64,000 nt of DNA from Candidatus Zhuqueibacterota bacterium (GCA_049322915.1 JBMOPW010000032.1:160001-224000), one strand, 5' to 3'; shown: positions 29,156 through 39,707, counted from the first letter of the stretch. Numbers and translations: made by a program. Notes: generated by a model not told the origin, from the sequence alone.

Positions 29156-30535
29156 TTGAAAAAAATTGCGCTTGGCTCGGACCATGCCGGCTTTGAAATG
29201 AAAGAAAAACTGAAAGATTATCTGTCTCAGTCTGGCTACTCAATAGAGGATTGCGGCACATTCAGCAGTGAATCGGTTGATTATCCGGTGATTGCGCTGA
29301 AAGTGGCGCGCCTGGTAGCCGATGCGGCTGTGGAACAGGGCATCATCATCGATGGCGCCGGAATTGGTTCGGCCATGGTTGCGAATAAAGTGAAGGGCGT
29401 TCGCGCGGCGCTCTGCTACGACCAGTCGACTGCCCGAAATAGCCGGGAGCACAATAACGCCAATGTGCTCACGCTGGGCGCTGGATTGATTGGATTTGAA
29501 TTGGCGAAACAAATCGCCGACATCTGGTTGAACACCAATTGCACTGTGGAGCGGCATTTGAAACGCGTGGCCATGATCGATGCTATTGAAAGCGGGGCGG
29601 GATTGGACAGCCAGCCGAAAATGACTACTACCGCATCGGGAAGCATCAATTCCAACGGTGTGACAGAAGCGGATCTGGCGAAGATCGTGGAGAAAGTCAC
29701 TGCCATGCTGAAGCTGCAACCGGGCGCGCCGGTCAAATCCGGTTGTGAAAACGAGCCCTGCAGCGGCTGCGGCCAATGCGCTGATAAAATTCCCGAGACC
29801 GTCCGCGAGATGATTCACGCGGGGGCGAGTCGCATTTCTCATTCTCCAGGAGGAGTCGGATCGCCGCAGGACATAGCCCGATACATTGACCACACGCTGT
29901 TGAAGCCCGAGGCTTCGAAGGAAGAAATCAAAACGCTGTGCAAAGAGGCAGCGGAACATCAGTTTGCCACCGTCTGCATCAATCCGACCTACGTGCGGCT
30001 GGCATACCAGATATTAAAAGATACTCCGGTCAAAGTGTGCACGGTCGTCGGATTTCCGCTGGGCGCGCATGCTTCGGAAATTAAAGCTCAGGAAACCCGC
30101 CGGGCAATTCGCGAGGGCGCCAGGGAGATTGACATGGTTATTAATATTGGCGCGCTGAAAAGCGGTGAGGACGAACTGGTTTACAGGGACATCAAATCTG
30201 TGGTGGATGCTTGTGTGGATGGATATGCGTTGTGCAAGGTGATCATTGAAGCCGCGCTGCTGACGGATGAAGAAAAAATCCGCGCGTGTGAATTGTCCAA
30301 AAAAGCCCGCGCCCACTTTGTAAAGACTTCGACGGGATTTGCCAAAGGCGGCGCTACTGTCCATGACGTCGCGCTCATGAGCAAAGTCGTCAGTGGAACG
30401 TCTATGGGAGTGAAGGCTGCCGGTGGAATCCGAACGTTGGAAGACGCCGAGAACATGATCGCTGCTGGCGCTACCCGGGTCGGAGCCAGCGCCGGTGTGA
30501 AAATAGTCCAGGAAGCGGTCAAAGCCGCAAGCTAA
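29156..30535 (+). CDS. deoC: Fused RpiB-type sugar-phosphate isomerase / deoxyribose-phosphate aldolase
   Basis: N-terminal [32 protein letters not shown]-terminal [38 protein letters not shown] start after AGGGAG. Confidence 0.93.
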   Translation: MKKIALGSDHAGFEMKEKLKDYLSQSGYSIEDCGTFSSESVDYPVIALKVARLVADAAVEQGIIIDGAGIGSAMVANKVKGVRAALCYDQSTARNSREHNNANVLTLGAGLIGFELAKQIADIWLNTNCTVERHLKRVAMIDAIESGAGLDSQPKMTTTASGSINSNGVTEADLAKIVEKVTAMLKLQPGAPVKSGCENEPCSGCGQCADKIPETVREMIHAGASRISHSPGGVGSPQDIARYIDHTLLKPEASKEEIKTLCKEAAEHQFATVCINPTYVRLAYQILKDTPVKVCTVVGFPLGAHASEIKAQETRRAIREGAREIDMVINIGALKSGEDELVYRDIKSVVDACVDGYALCKVIIEAALLTDEEKIRACELSKKARAHFVKTSTGFAKGGATVHDVALMSKVVSGTSMGVKAAGGIRTLEDAENMIAAGATRVGASAGVKIVQEAVKAAS

Positions 30536-30541
30536 TGCCAG

Positions 30542-31099
30542 TTGATTGAGGGATGCGTGAGCCATATTTTTCTTGCAGGTGAAAAAGTGCTGCTTTCTCC
30601 CATTGAACCTGAGGATGCGCTGTTCTTAGCCGCAGGTGAGAATGATCCTGAAGTTCGGGACGCGTTATTTCTGGCGTTGCCTGTCTCGACGCAGCAGCAG
30701 ATGGACAAAATCAGGCTCCATCAGGCGGCGAAGGATGCTGTTGTGTTTCTCATCCGCGAGCGCCAGACTGATAATCCGATTGGACAGACCGCCTTTTTTC
30801 GGATCGATTATGTCAGCCGGGCAGCCGTGTTCTATCTGGCTATTCTGGACACGGAGTATTGGTCCCGGGGTTTCGGGACCGAAGCGACGCAGCTCATGGT
30901 GAGATATGGGTTCGATACGCTGAATCTCCATCGAATTCAACTTCATGTCTGCGCCGAAAATATAGCAGCGATTAAAATCTATCAGAAAGTTGGTTTCAAA
31001 AAAGAGGGAATCCTGCGGCAGGCTATGTATCGTCGCGGCGCCTTTGTGGATTTCTGGGTGATGGGCCTACTGAAAGACGAATGGCCAGGTACCTTTTAA
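30542..31099 (+). CDS. GNAT N-acetyltransferase (RimJ/RimL/SpeG type)
   Basis: YWSRGFGTEA, LNLHRIQL, NIAAIKIYQKVGFKKEG; start may be GTG 30557. Confidence 0.9.
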   Translation: MIEGCVSHIFLAGEKVLLSPIEPEDALFLAAGENDPEVRDALFLALPVSTQQQMDKIRLHQAAKDAVVFLIRERQTDNPIGQTAFFRIDYVSRAAVFYLAILDTEYWSRGFGTEATQLMVRYGFDTLNLHRIQLHVCAENIAAIKIYQKVGFKKEGILRQAMYRRGAFVDFWVMGLLKDEWPGTF

Positions 31100-31131
31100 A
31101 AGAAAAGACATAAAATCGCTCGTAAATCACG

Positions 31132-31491
31132 TTACTCTCCCCCACCTTCTGCCCGTTCAATTGTGGCAAACATCGATCCCTTCGAATGCGGTAATCTCCA
31201 GTCAGCGCCGAAGTTCAAAATTTGATCTCGTTTCAACTCCGCCCGCTCTTTTGTTGTTGTATCGACGATGACGCGACCGTAATGATCCACAGTCCAAGCC
31301 ATCATCAAAGCGACCGAACGGGGATGCCCGAATAACTGCATCAACATTTCAATGACGTAGTCGTACGTGTGATCGTTGTCGTCCAGCAGAACTACATGAT
31401 ATCTGGGAATTCTCAAGGGCGCCTGTTTGCGGCGCTTATCAGTTTTTCTGGTTACCTTCGTGCGTGCAATGGACGCAGTTTTCATTTGCAT
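31132..31491 (-). CDS. clpS: ATP-dependent Clp protease adaptor ClpS
   Basis: PRYHVVLLDDNDHTYDYVIEML...VDHYGRVIV...AELK. Confidence 0.88.
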   Translation of the reverse strand: MQMKTASIARTKVTRKTDKRRKQAPLRIPRYHVVLLDDNDHTYDYVIEMLMQLFGHPRSVALMMAWTVDHYGRVIVDTTTKERAELKRDQILNFGADWRLPHSKGSMFATIERAEGGGE

Positions 31492-31821
31492 GACTTTTCG
31501 CTCGACCCATAGAAAAGATTTAACTCAACTGCGCTACCTTCGATGGCAAGCCGATGAAAATTGGCCGAACCCAAATAGCCAGGCCAATTCTTGCAGGATC
31601 GGGCAATCTTGAAATTTATACTTTTGCCGATCCAATCGGTGTTGTCATTTTTAATGGTGATAAAATAAAAAATCAAAAGTAGATTGTCAAGGGGAATAAA
31701 TTCATTTTCATGAGCAAGGCGGAGTCGCGTAGTCGGAATTGGTGTTAAATTTATTAACTGGTCCTCAGCCCAATTTTAATAGAGGGCGCGCTGTCGTGTG
31801 TGGTATAATTATTGTATAGCA

Positions 31822-32293
31822 GTAACGACTCAGGTTCCAGGTTTAAAGGTTCCCGATTTCGGGTTAAAGAGAATTTTCGTCGCTATCCAGGCATGTAGTC
31901 TCGCCGCGAAGTCACACGAAGAAGTCATTTTATTCGTTCGTATTTTGTGCAATTCATTTTTTTAAACCACGTTCAGCTTTTCTGTATCGATAATTCAGCC
32001 TGCATTATTCATAGTATTTTTAAAGGAGGCTGGCTAACCTGAATAGTGCTGTTTTTAGAATAAACGTATAAAAACTGAGTTTCAAAATAGCTTAGCCTTT
32101 AGCTAATTGAAAATCTGACTGTCGACTCAAATTCTGAGCAAGTTCATGAATAATTCAGGTTAGATGTATTTTTTTTTCGCTCCTTTGAGGCTTTGTGGCT
32201 GAGCAGTTTCGAATATTCAATTACCAAATAGACATAATGAGATGATTCTAACCTTGAACTCTGAACGCTGAACCAGCCAACCTGTGTAGTTAC
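31822..32293. repeat. Degenerate element bounded by imperfect inverted repeats (MITE/REP-like remnant)
   Basis: GTAACGACTCAGGTT at 31822 versus AACCTGTGTAGTTAC ending 32293 (13/15 complementary); internal CTGAxxAGT copies. Confidence 0.5.
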
Positions 32294-32446
32294 GTTCAGC
32301 ATTAAAAAGGGCGCTGGTCAAGGTGGAGAATTGGCCAGGTTATTCCATGGGCTCGAAAATGCTGTAGCCATGCAGTGCGACCAATGGTGAGTGCAGGAGG
32401 TAATTCTCTCCAGTTCTGGTTGAATCAAATTTGATTTAAATTATTG

Positions 32447-32475
32447 TTGATTTTTGAAGATATTATCGATATATT
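32447..32475 (+). promoter_or_regulatory. Sigma70-type promoter upstream of the phosphohexomutase
   Basis: TTGATT-17 nt-TATATT. Confidence 0.5.
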
Positions 32476-32662
32476 TCCTTTTGTTTTTCGACCTGAGGTC
32501 GGGAAAAGTCCGAGTAATTTATCGTAAGACAGGTATGTTGACCGCGATTAATTGGCGGTCGTTATCCGTCAGTGACAATTTATTTTGATAACTACTCTGT
32601 CAGAAAATGCAAAATCAGATATAGAAAAATAAGCACAAAAGTCCTAAGTGATGGAGGTAGAT

Positions 32663-34024
32663 GTGTCTAAGCTAATGATTAGCATCTCAGGCGTGCGAGG
32701 CATAGTGGGTGATGGACTGAGTCCTCAAGTGGTCACAAATTTTGCCCAGGCGTTCGGCAGTTATTTGGGGAATGGAAAAGTGATTGTGGGTAAGGATTCC
32801 CGCGTCACCGGGCCGATGATGAAACATGCGGTCTTTGCCGGGCTATTGGCTGCCGGGTGTGATATTATCGATATCGGAACGGTCCCAACGCCAACGGTGC
32901 AAATGGCCGTCGAGCATCTGAAAGCCCGGGGCGGCATCGCTATTACGGCGAGCCATAATCCAATTGAATGGAACGCGCTGAAGCTGATTGATTCCTCTGG
33001 ATGGTTTCTCGATGAGGTGCAGGGCAACAAAGTGATTCATATTGTGAATGACAAAAAATACCAGAACGTGAAATGGAATCAGATTGGCAAAGTTGAATAT
33101 TTTGATGGCGCCATTGAGCATCATCTCAAATCGATTTTGAAGCTCGATCTGGTCGATACTGAGTTCATCGCCGGCAAAAAATTTAAAGTGGTGGTTGATT
33201 GCGTGAACGGAGCCGGCGGGACGATACTCCCTGAATTACTGAATCGTCTCGGTTGCGAGGCGATCTTCATCAACGGAGAGCCCACAGGTCTGTTTCCCCG
33301 ATCACCGGAACCGTTGCCGGAAAATCTGAAAGAATTATGCGATAAAGTGAAGTCTGAGAAAGCAGATATTGGATTTGCAGTCGATCCTGATGTGGATCGG
33401 TTAGCCATTGTCTCAGAAAAGGGGAAGCCTCTGGGAGAGGAATACACGCTGGTTCTCGCTGTTAATTATGTCATGCAAAAGCGCCACGGCGCTATTGTTG
33501 TCAATGCTTCGGTAACTCAGGCTATCGATGAAATTGCAAAACGATACGGCACAGAGGTATTGCGCACCAAGGTCGGGGAAATCCATGTGGCGAAAAAGAT
33601 GCATGAAGTTAAGGCAGCCATCGGCGGCGAAGGTAATGGTGGCGTGATTCTGCCAGAGCTTCATCTCGGTCGCGATGCACCTTTGGGAATTGCCTTGATT
33701 CTACAGCACCTGGCTCAGTTCGGGGGAAAAATCTCGGAACTGCATAAGTCGCTGCCGCAATTTTATCAATCGAAAAATCGCATTGAATTGAAAGAAATCA
33801 ATGTGGCTTCTGTTCTCGATTCGCTCATTAGCAATCATCGCAGCGAGCGACTTGATCTGACAGACGGACTGAAAATACTATGGCCGGACCAGTGGGTTCA
33901 TATCCGACCTTCCAATACCGAGCCCATCATTCGTATCTATTCCGAAGCCCGATCTGTAGAAGAAGCCGATGCGCTTGGTTTCAGGTTCATCAAAGAGATC
34001 AAAGAAAATATCGGGCAAGCATGA
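32663..34024 (+). CDS. glmM: Alpha-D-phosphohexomutase (phosphoglucosamine mutase/PMM-PGM type)
   Basis: SISGVRG, TASHNP, DPDVDR, GGEGNGG, RPSNTEP; substrate uncertain; GTG start after GGAGG. Confidence 0.8.
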   Translation: MSKLMISISGVRGIVGDGLSPQVVTNFAQAFGSYLGNGKVIVGKDSRVTGPMMKHAVFAGLLAAGCDIIDIGTVPTPTVQMAVEHLKARGGIAITASHNPIEWNALKLIDSSGWFLDEVQGNKVIHIVNDKKYQNVKWNQIGKVEYFDGAIEHHLKSILKLDLVDTEFIAGKKFKVVVDCVNGAGGTILPELLNRLGCEAIFINGEPTGLFPRSPEPLPENLKELCDKVKSEKADIGFAVDPDVDRLAIVSEKGKPLGEEYTLVLAVNYVMQKRHGAIVVNASVTQAIDEIAKRYGTEVLRTKVGEIHVAKKMHEVKAAIGGEGNGGVILPELHLGRDAPLGIALILQHLAQFGGKISELHKSLPQFYQSKNRIELKEINVASVLDSLISNHRSERLDLTDGLKILWPDQWVHIRPSNTEPIIRIYSEARSVEEADALGFRFIKEIKENIGQA

Positions 34025-34047
34025 AATACCAGGATGAATGATTTACG

Positions 34048-34090
34048 AAAATGCCTTGATGCGTGAAATAAATGCATGAAGGCATTTTTG
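34048..34090 (+). terminator. Terminator-like hairpin between the mutase and the phosphorylase
   Basis: AAAATGCCTT...AAGGCATTTT with inner ATGC/GCAT pairing. Confidence 0.7.
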
Positions 34091-34154
34091 TTCTGGAGCA
34101 CTTCACGATGGAAAATGGGTGATACTCAATTATGTCTGCGAGCAGTGAAAAATT

Positions 34155-35471
34155 ATGAACACGGAGCAACTCATCATTAAAAAGCGGGACCGGGGAGCGC
34201 TGTCGGAACAGGAATTCAGGTTTCTGATCGAAGGCTACACCGGCGGTGAGATTCCCGATTATCAGATGTCCGCTTTCCTGATGGCGGTGTTTTTTGTGGG
34301 TATGACGCTGGAAGAGACACGGATTCTCACGAGTGTCATGATCGAGTCAGGGGAGTCATTCAGTTTCAAACATCAGCCAAAATTTGTGGTGGATAAACAT
34401 AGCACAGGAGGCGTCGGCGATAAAATTTCACTCATTTTAGCGCCGCTCGTGGCAGCGGCCGGTGTGGCAGTTCCAATGATTTCAGGCCGGGGGCTCGGTC
34501 ATACCGGCGGCACGCTGGACAAGCTGGAAGCGATACCCGGATTTCGCACCAATTTATCTTCGTATGAATTCATGGCCCAGGTGGAATCGATTGGGGTGGC
34601 GATGATTGGCCAGACCGAAAAAATCGTCCCGGCCGATAAAAAAATCTATGCTCTACGCGACCGGACCGGGACTGTCGCTTCCATTCCACTGGTCGTTGCC
34701 AGCATTTTAAGCAAGAAAATTGCCGAAGGTATACAGGCTCTGGTGCTCGACGTGAAAACCGGGAATGGCGCATTTTTCAGGAGTCAGGAAGATGCTCGTG
34801 AATTGGCCCGGACGCTCATCGCAATCAGTCGTAAATTTGGTTTGCCGGCAACAGCGCTGTTGACAGCGATGGATCAACCTCTGGGTAACGCGATTGGGAA
34901 TTGGCTGGAAACGCGGGAGGCCATCGAAACGTTGCAGGGCAATGGCCCGGAGGACGTGAGCGAACTAACTCTGGCACTTGGATCGCGCATGCTTCAACAG
35001 GCAAATATCGTTGCCGACCACGAGGCCGGCGTTAAGAAACTCACGGAGACTTTGGCGTCAGGGGCTGCGTTCAATAAGTTCGTGGCGATGGTGCACGCTC
35101 AGGCCGGCGATATTTCATTTATCGAACATCCGGAGCGATACCCCATGCCGGACAGGCGTGTCATTGTGCGGAGCAAATACACAGGCTATATCTCCAGATT
35201 GGATGCATTGTCGATCGGGTTGCTGGCGATGGAAACCGGCGCTGGTCGCAAGAAGATGACAGATAGCATTGACTACACCTCTGGAATTTTGCTGAAAAAA
35301 AAAGTTGGTGATTCAGTGGAAAAGGGCGAAGCGTTGGCTGAAATCTATGCTGCTGATTCCGGAACTGAAGCCTCATGGCAGGAAAAATTTCTCGCGGCAG
35401 TGACAATATCCGAAACCTGTCCTGCAACGCCAGCGGTGATTATTGCGGAGATAAAAGAAAACGGCCAGTGA
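34155..35471 (+). CDS. pdp: Pyrimidine-nucleoside/thymidine phosphorylase
   Basis: IPDYQMSAFLMA, DKHSTGGVGDK, SGRGLGHTGGTLDKLE, SILSKK. Confidence 0.95.
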   Translation: MNTEQLIIKKRDRGALSEQEFRFLIEGYTGGEIPDYQMSAFLMAVFFVGMTLEETRILTSVMIESGESFSFKHQPKFVVDKHSTGGVGDKISLILAPLVAAAGVAVPMISGRGLGHTGGTLDKLEAIPGFRTNLSSYEFMAQVESIGVAMIGQTEKIVPADKKIYALRDRTGTVASIPLVVASILSKKIAEGIQALVLDVKTGNGAFFRSQEDARELARTLIAISRKFGLPATALLTAMDQPLGNAIGNWLETREAIETLQGNGPEDVSELTLALGSRMLQQANIVADHEAGVKKLTETLASGAAFNKFVAMVHAQAGDISFIEHPERYPMPDRRVIVRSKYTGYISRLDALSIGLLAMETGAGRKKMTDSIDYTSGILLKKKVGDSVEKGEALAEIYAADSGTEASWQEKFLAAVTISETCPATPAVIIAEIKENGQ

Positions 35472-35516
35472 GTCTGGCCGTTGTTGAAATGGAAAAGTCT
35501 GTTGTGTCGGTGAAAT

Positions 35517-37706
35517 TTAGAAACGAATTCGTTTTTGTTTATCCCGGTTCGCTTTATTCGAAAATCCAATGTGCTTGTCGCATTTTTCCACCGGGGCTGT
35601 GGACACTTCGAAGACTTCGGAGATGATGTCCGGGCAGGATTCCGTGGCGAGCTTCTTCGTTTCTTTACAGATATCGACCCTGACGACGCCGGCAGGCATT
35701 TTGAAATCTTCAATCGGCAGGTTCAGCGTATCATGCGCAGTCTTCATGAAGGGCGCCCAGATCGGCAGGGCAACGGTAGCGCCTGCCTGGTTTCCGCCCA
35801 GCGTGGTCGCCGGATCGTCGAAGCCTACCCAAACGCCGGCCGTAATTTGCGGTGTGAAACCGATAAACCAGGCATCAGTGAAACTGTTCGTCGTTCCTGT
35901 CTTGCCCCCGGCCGGCCGCGTAAATTTGTAAATTGCCCGCGCTGTAAAACCAGTGCCGTGATTGATGACCGTGCCCAGCATATCCGCCATGATGTACGCG
36001 GTTTCTTTCCGCAAAACTTCCCGAACCTCGGGCTGATATTCTTCGACAATATTACCGTATTTATCTTCCACGCGTAAAATATAAAGTGGTTTAGCCAGCA
36101 CGCCCTGATTGGCAAAAACGCCGAACGCGGACGTCATTTCAATGGGATACACGGCCGATGCGCCAAGAGCGATGGCATCGACAGCATCGATGGGGGACGT
36201 TAATCCCAGCTTACGCGCATAATCGACGACCTGGGCTGGAGGGACTATTTCCTGAACCAATCGCGCTGTGACAAGATTGAGCGAGCGGCGCAGCGCTTCG
36301 CGGAGCATGGTCGGCCCACCCTGAGACAGGTCGTAGTTATGAGGCGCCCAGCGATCGCCATTGGGCAGATAAAGAACAACCGGTTGATTGAGCAATTCAA
36401 AGCAGGGCGAATAACCGTTGTCGATGGCAGCGGTGTAAACAACTGGCTTGAAGGTTGAACCAGGCTGGCGTTGCGCCTGAGTAGCGCGATTCCATTTGTG
36501 TTTGGCAAAATCTTTACCACCCACCAATGCCAGAATATAACCTGTTTTCGGATCAATGGCCACCAGTGCGGCTTGAATCGTGGCTTTTTCCGTGATCAGG
36601 GAATCGAGATAGTGGGTGTCTCTTCTGAGTTTGTCCCAACCTTGTTTGGATAGTACTTTCGGATCAATCAACTCTTTAGCGCGGCCATTGTTAATCATTC
36701 GCTTATTGTATTGTTCCTGCAGAACCGCAAGCTGTTTTTTAACAGCAAGTTCAGCGGCTGCCTGCAAACGGGTATCCAGCGTGGAGTAAACGGAGTAACC
36801 ACCCTTGTACAAATCCATGTGATAGCGTTCCTGGAGTTCCTGCCTGATTTCTTCGGTAAAATATGGAGCGATTCCGTGCTCGGCATCCGGATCGATCGCC
36901 TTCAATTGAATCGGCATCGATTTGGTTGCTTCATAAGTTTGTCTGTCGATGTATCCCATTTCCAGCATATTGTGAAGAACCGTGTTTCTACGGATCAGCG
37001 CCCGATCCGGATAACGATACGGATAATACGATGTCGGGCGTTGCAACAGCCCGGCGAGCATAGCGCATTCTTCCAATTGGAGATATTTTGCATCTTTTCC
37101 AAAAAACCACAAAGAGGCGGCCTGCACACCATAATTGCCATGTCCGAAATTCATCTGGTTGAGGTACATTTCCAGTATTTCGTTCTTCGTATAGGTGCGT
37201 TCGATCTGGATGGCCGTGATCCATTCTTTGATTTTTCGGGTCACGCGCTTCTCCAGTCCCAGATATAACTGCCTGGCTAATTGTTGCGTGATGGTGCTGG
37301 CGCCCTGTTCGTAGCTCATGCTCATAATATTCACCAGCATCACATAAGCGAACCGTTTTACATTTAGGCCCCAATGCGAGTAAAAAATGCGATCCTCTGT
37401 CGCCAGGACAGCCTTTGCCATGTTCTCAGGAATTTCTTCGAGTGGCAGGTAGATGCATTTCTTGGTGAACAACTCTTTAATGATCACGCCATCTTGAGAA
37501 TATATTTTTGTGGCCAGTTCGGGTTCATACTGCTCAAGCTGAGTCAGCGAGGGCAGATCGCGGCTCAACACTAATATGTAAATGAAAATGATGATAAAAA
37601 AAATCCCGATCCCAATGGGCGCCCAGAATTTCCAATTGAATCGTACCGGATTCTTTTCCGTGTACGCTGAACTTTCATCATTGCTATGTCGAATATGTCT
37701 CTTCAT
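35517..37706 (-). CDS. Class A penicillin-binding protein (PBP1A family)
   Basis: TEDRIFYSHWG, GASTITQQL, RKIKE, RQPGSTFKP (SxxK), SLN, GKTGTTN. Confidence 0.95.
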   Translation of the reverse strand: MKRHIRHSNDESSAYTEKNPVRFNWKFWAPIGIGIFFIIIFIYILVLSRDLPSLTQLEQYEPELATKIYSQDGVIIKELFTKKCIYLPLEEIPENMAKAVLATEDRIFYSHWGLNVKRFAYVMLVNIMSMSYEQGASTITQQLARQLYLGLEKRVTRKIKEWITAIQIERTYTKNEILEMYLNQMNFGHGNYGVQAASLWFFGKDAKYLQLEECAMLAGLLQRPTSYYPYRYPDRALIRRNTVLHNMLEMGYIDRQTYEATKSMPIQLKAIDPDAEHGIAPYFTEEIRQELQERYHMDLYKGGYSVYSTLDTRLQAAAELAVKKQLAVLQEQYNKRMINNGRAKELIDPKVLSKQGWDKLRRDTHYLDSLITEKATIQAALVAIDPKTGYILALVGGKDFAKHKWNRATQAQRQPGSTFKPVVYTAAIDNGYSPCFELLNQPVVLYLPNGDRWAPHNYDLSQGGPTMLREALRRSLNLVTARLVQEIVPPAQVVDYARKLGLTSPIDAVDAIALGASAVYPIEMTSAFGVFANQGVLAKPLYILRVEDKYGNIVEEYQPEVREVLRKETAYIMADMLGTVINHGTGFTARAIYKFTRPAGGKTGTTNSFTDAWFIGFTPQITAGVWVGFDDPATTLGGNQAGATVALPIWAPFMKTAHDTLNLPIEDFKMPAGVVRVDICKETKKLATESCPDIISEVFEVSTAPVEKCDKHIGFSNKANRDKQKRIRF

Positions 37707-37763
37707 GAGGGATTCCTGAAATTGATCCGTAACAATTTACAAATTTTTTAACAATACTAAGAG

Positions 37764-38489
37764 CTAACCGTTCCAGAAATGGAGCGTCAATTCACCCGCT
37801 TCAAATTTGCCGTAGCTGTCGTGTTTGATCCAATCGCCCAGGTTGAGAAAAACGTGATGATCGATCCTTTCCAGGGCAGGCCGATGGGAATGCCCAACGA
37901 TGACAAAGTCAAATCCATCCTTGAACTTATCTGTGGCGAAATCAAGATAATCTCCTTCATCATGAAGCACCAGATCAGTAGTGTGTTTTCGGCTGGTGGA
38001 TGACATCAGTCTGGCCAGCGGGATTCCCAGATCCGGATGCAGCAGCCGATATAGAAAGACATTGAATCGATTCCGAAAAATTCTTTTTAAAAGCCGATAG
38101 CCGACATCTTTTTTTGAAATGCCATCTCCGTGGAATAAATAAAATTTCTTAGTTTGAATTTCAGTGGTACAAACATCCGAATGGACTTGGATGCCGACCT
38201 GATCGCGGAAGAAATTTTTAATCCAGCTATCGTGATTCCCTGGGAGAAAATGCACCGCGACATTGTTCTCAATGAGTTTCGATATTTGAAACAGGACTGA
38301 GTAATTCTGGTTGGGCACGGCATATTTATACTCGAACCAGAAGTCAAATAAATCACCTAAAATATATAATCGGTTATTTGGTTGATTAATATAATTGAAA
38401 AACGCGGTGAGTTTTTTAAGTTTCGCTGAATCATCAGAATTTGTACCGGCGCCAAAGTGAATATCAGATATAAAATAAGTTCGTTCCAT
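37764..38489 (-). CDS. lpxH: UDP-2,3-diacylglucosamine diphosphatase
   Basis: FISDIHFG, LGDLFDFW, GNHD, FHGDG, GHSH, NLGDW. Confidence 0.88.
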   Translation of the reverse strand: MERTYFISDIHFGAGTNSDDSAKLKKLTAFFNYINQPNNRLYILGDLFDFWFEYKYAVPNQNYSVLFQISKLIENNVAVHFLPGNHDSWIKNFFRDQVGIQVHSDVCTTEIQTKKFYLFHGDGISKKDVGYRLLKRIFRNRFNVFLYRLLHPDLGIPLARLMSSTSRKHTTDLVLHDEGDYLDFATDKFKDGFDFVIVGHSHRPALERIDHHVFLNLGDWIKHDSYGKFEAGELTLHFWNG

Positions 38490-38834
38490 GAATCCTTTCC
38501 GACATTGATGTTGGGAGGAGAATCGCTGACCGTTTAAGATACAAAATCAAGATTTATATTGCAATAAAAATGTAAAATAGCTGTAAAAAAGTTATTGACA
38601 AAATCAAAATTATTTATTATTTTCGCTGACTATTTTTTGGTTCACAACGTTCAGGCAGCATGACATTGGCATTACAGACACTGAGTTATGAGAGTTTAAA
38701 ATTCGGTCGATTGATTTCACGATTTCAGGAGTGCATTGCCCGGGGAAAACAAAGCAAATCTCGAAAAAGTGCATCGAAGGTTCACAAGGAATATTAATAA
38801 ACTCCATATCGCTTATGGAGTTTTTTGGTTTTTA

Positions 38835-39707
38835 ATGATGAAAGAAATACACGTAAGCGCCTGCGCCAAGATCAACCTTGGCCTGAGAATCGTCTCAAAA
38901 CGTGAGGATGGCTACCATAATATCGAAACCGTATTTCAGCAGATTGATTTATGTGACGATATTACGATAACCACACTTTCGGACAGTGGCGTAAAAGTGC
39001 ACAGCTCCGATCCGCAGATTCCGCAGAACGAAAATAATATCTGTGCGAAAGCCGCAAAGTTATTGGGTTTGAGCTATGGGATTGGATCGGGCGTGGAAAT
39101 TTATATTGAGAAAAGAATTCCTATGGGCGCCGGTCTGGGTGGCGGCAGTAGTGACGCAGCCGCTGTATTGAAAGGATTGGCTCAGCTCTGGAATTTAAAC
39201 ATTCCTGAAAATGAAATGGTATCCCTCGCCAGGCAGGTTGGGGCTGATGTCCCTTTCTTTTTGAAAGGGGGCTCTGCGCTGGCAACAGGTATCGGGGATG
39301 AGCTGACTCCTCTCAATTTGGCAACAAATTATTATTGTCTTTTAGTATACCCAAATATTGAAATATCTTCAACATGGGCTTATAGTAATTATAATTTTAA
39401 CTTGACAAAGACAAAAAAAAGTATTAAATTACCACACCTTTTTTCTAATGATTGGGACATTTTTAAACTCAAGAGTACTGGTTGCAACGACTTTGAGGAG
39501 TTGGTATTTCAGAGATTCCCCGAGTTGAGTGATATCAAAACAACGCTTTATCAGGTGGGTGCATTTTTTGCCTGCATGTCGGGCAGCGGGTCAACAGTTT
39601 TTGGGCTCTTTGACAGTGAAGAAAAAACTCAGGAGGTGCGAAGTACAAACTTTAAACACTACCAGGTTTTTTTTACAAAACCAATGACACTACAAAATCG
39701 TCTGTAA
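38835..39707 (+). CDS. ispE: 4-diphosphocytidyl-2-C-methyl-D-erythritol kinase
   Basis: AKINLGL, KRIPMGAGLGGGSSDAA, GADVPFF, MSGSGSTVF; start moved to ATG 38835/38838. Confidence 0.96.
   Translation: MMKEIHVSACAKINLGLRIVSKREDGYHNIETVFQQIDLCDDITITTLSDSGVKVHSSDPQIPQNENNICAKAAKLLGLSYGIGSGVEIYIEKRIPMGAGLGGGSSDAAAVLKGLAQLWNLNIPENEMVSLARQVGADVPFFLKGGSALATGIGDELTPLNLATNYYCLLVYPNIEISSTWAYSNYNFNLTKTKKSIKLPHLFSNDWDIFKLKSTGCNDFEELVFQRFPELSDIKTTLYQVGAFFACMSGSGSTVFGLFDSEEKTQEVRSTNFKHYQVFFTKPMTLQNRL
39402..39430 (+). promoter_or_regulatory. Internal sigma70-type promoter within ispE
   Basis: TTGACA-17 nt-TAAATT in an AT-rich patch. Confidence 0.55.

Noticed and set aside
32495..32520. GGGAAAAGTCCGAG resembling the RNase P RNA GAGGAAAGUCC motif
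   Set aside because: The match is imperfect, the 3' P4 partner motif is absent, and there is too little room before the next gene.
38736..38834. N-terminal extensions given by the ORF track for ispE (also prs 40462, rpsF 43005, MBL 50447, ABC 24204, ktrA 61540)
   Set aside because: Family-typical N-termini and RBS positions point to downstream starts.
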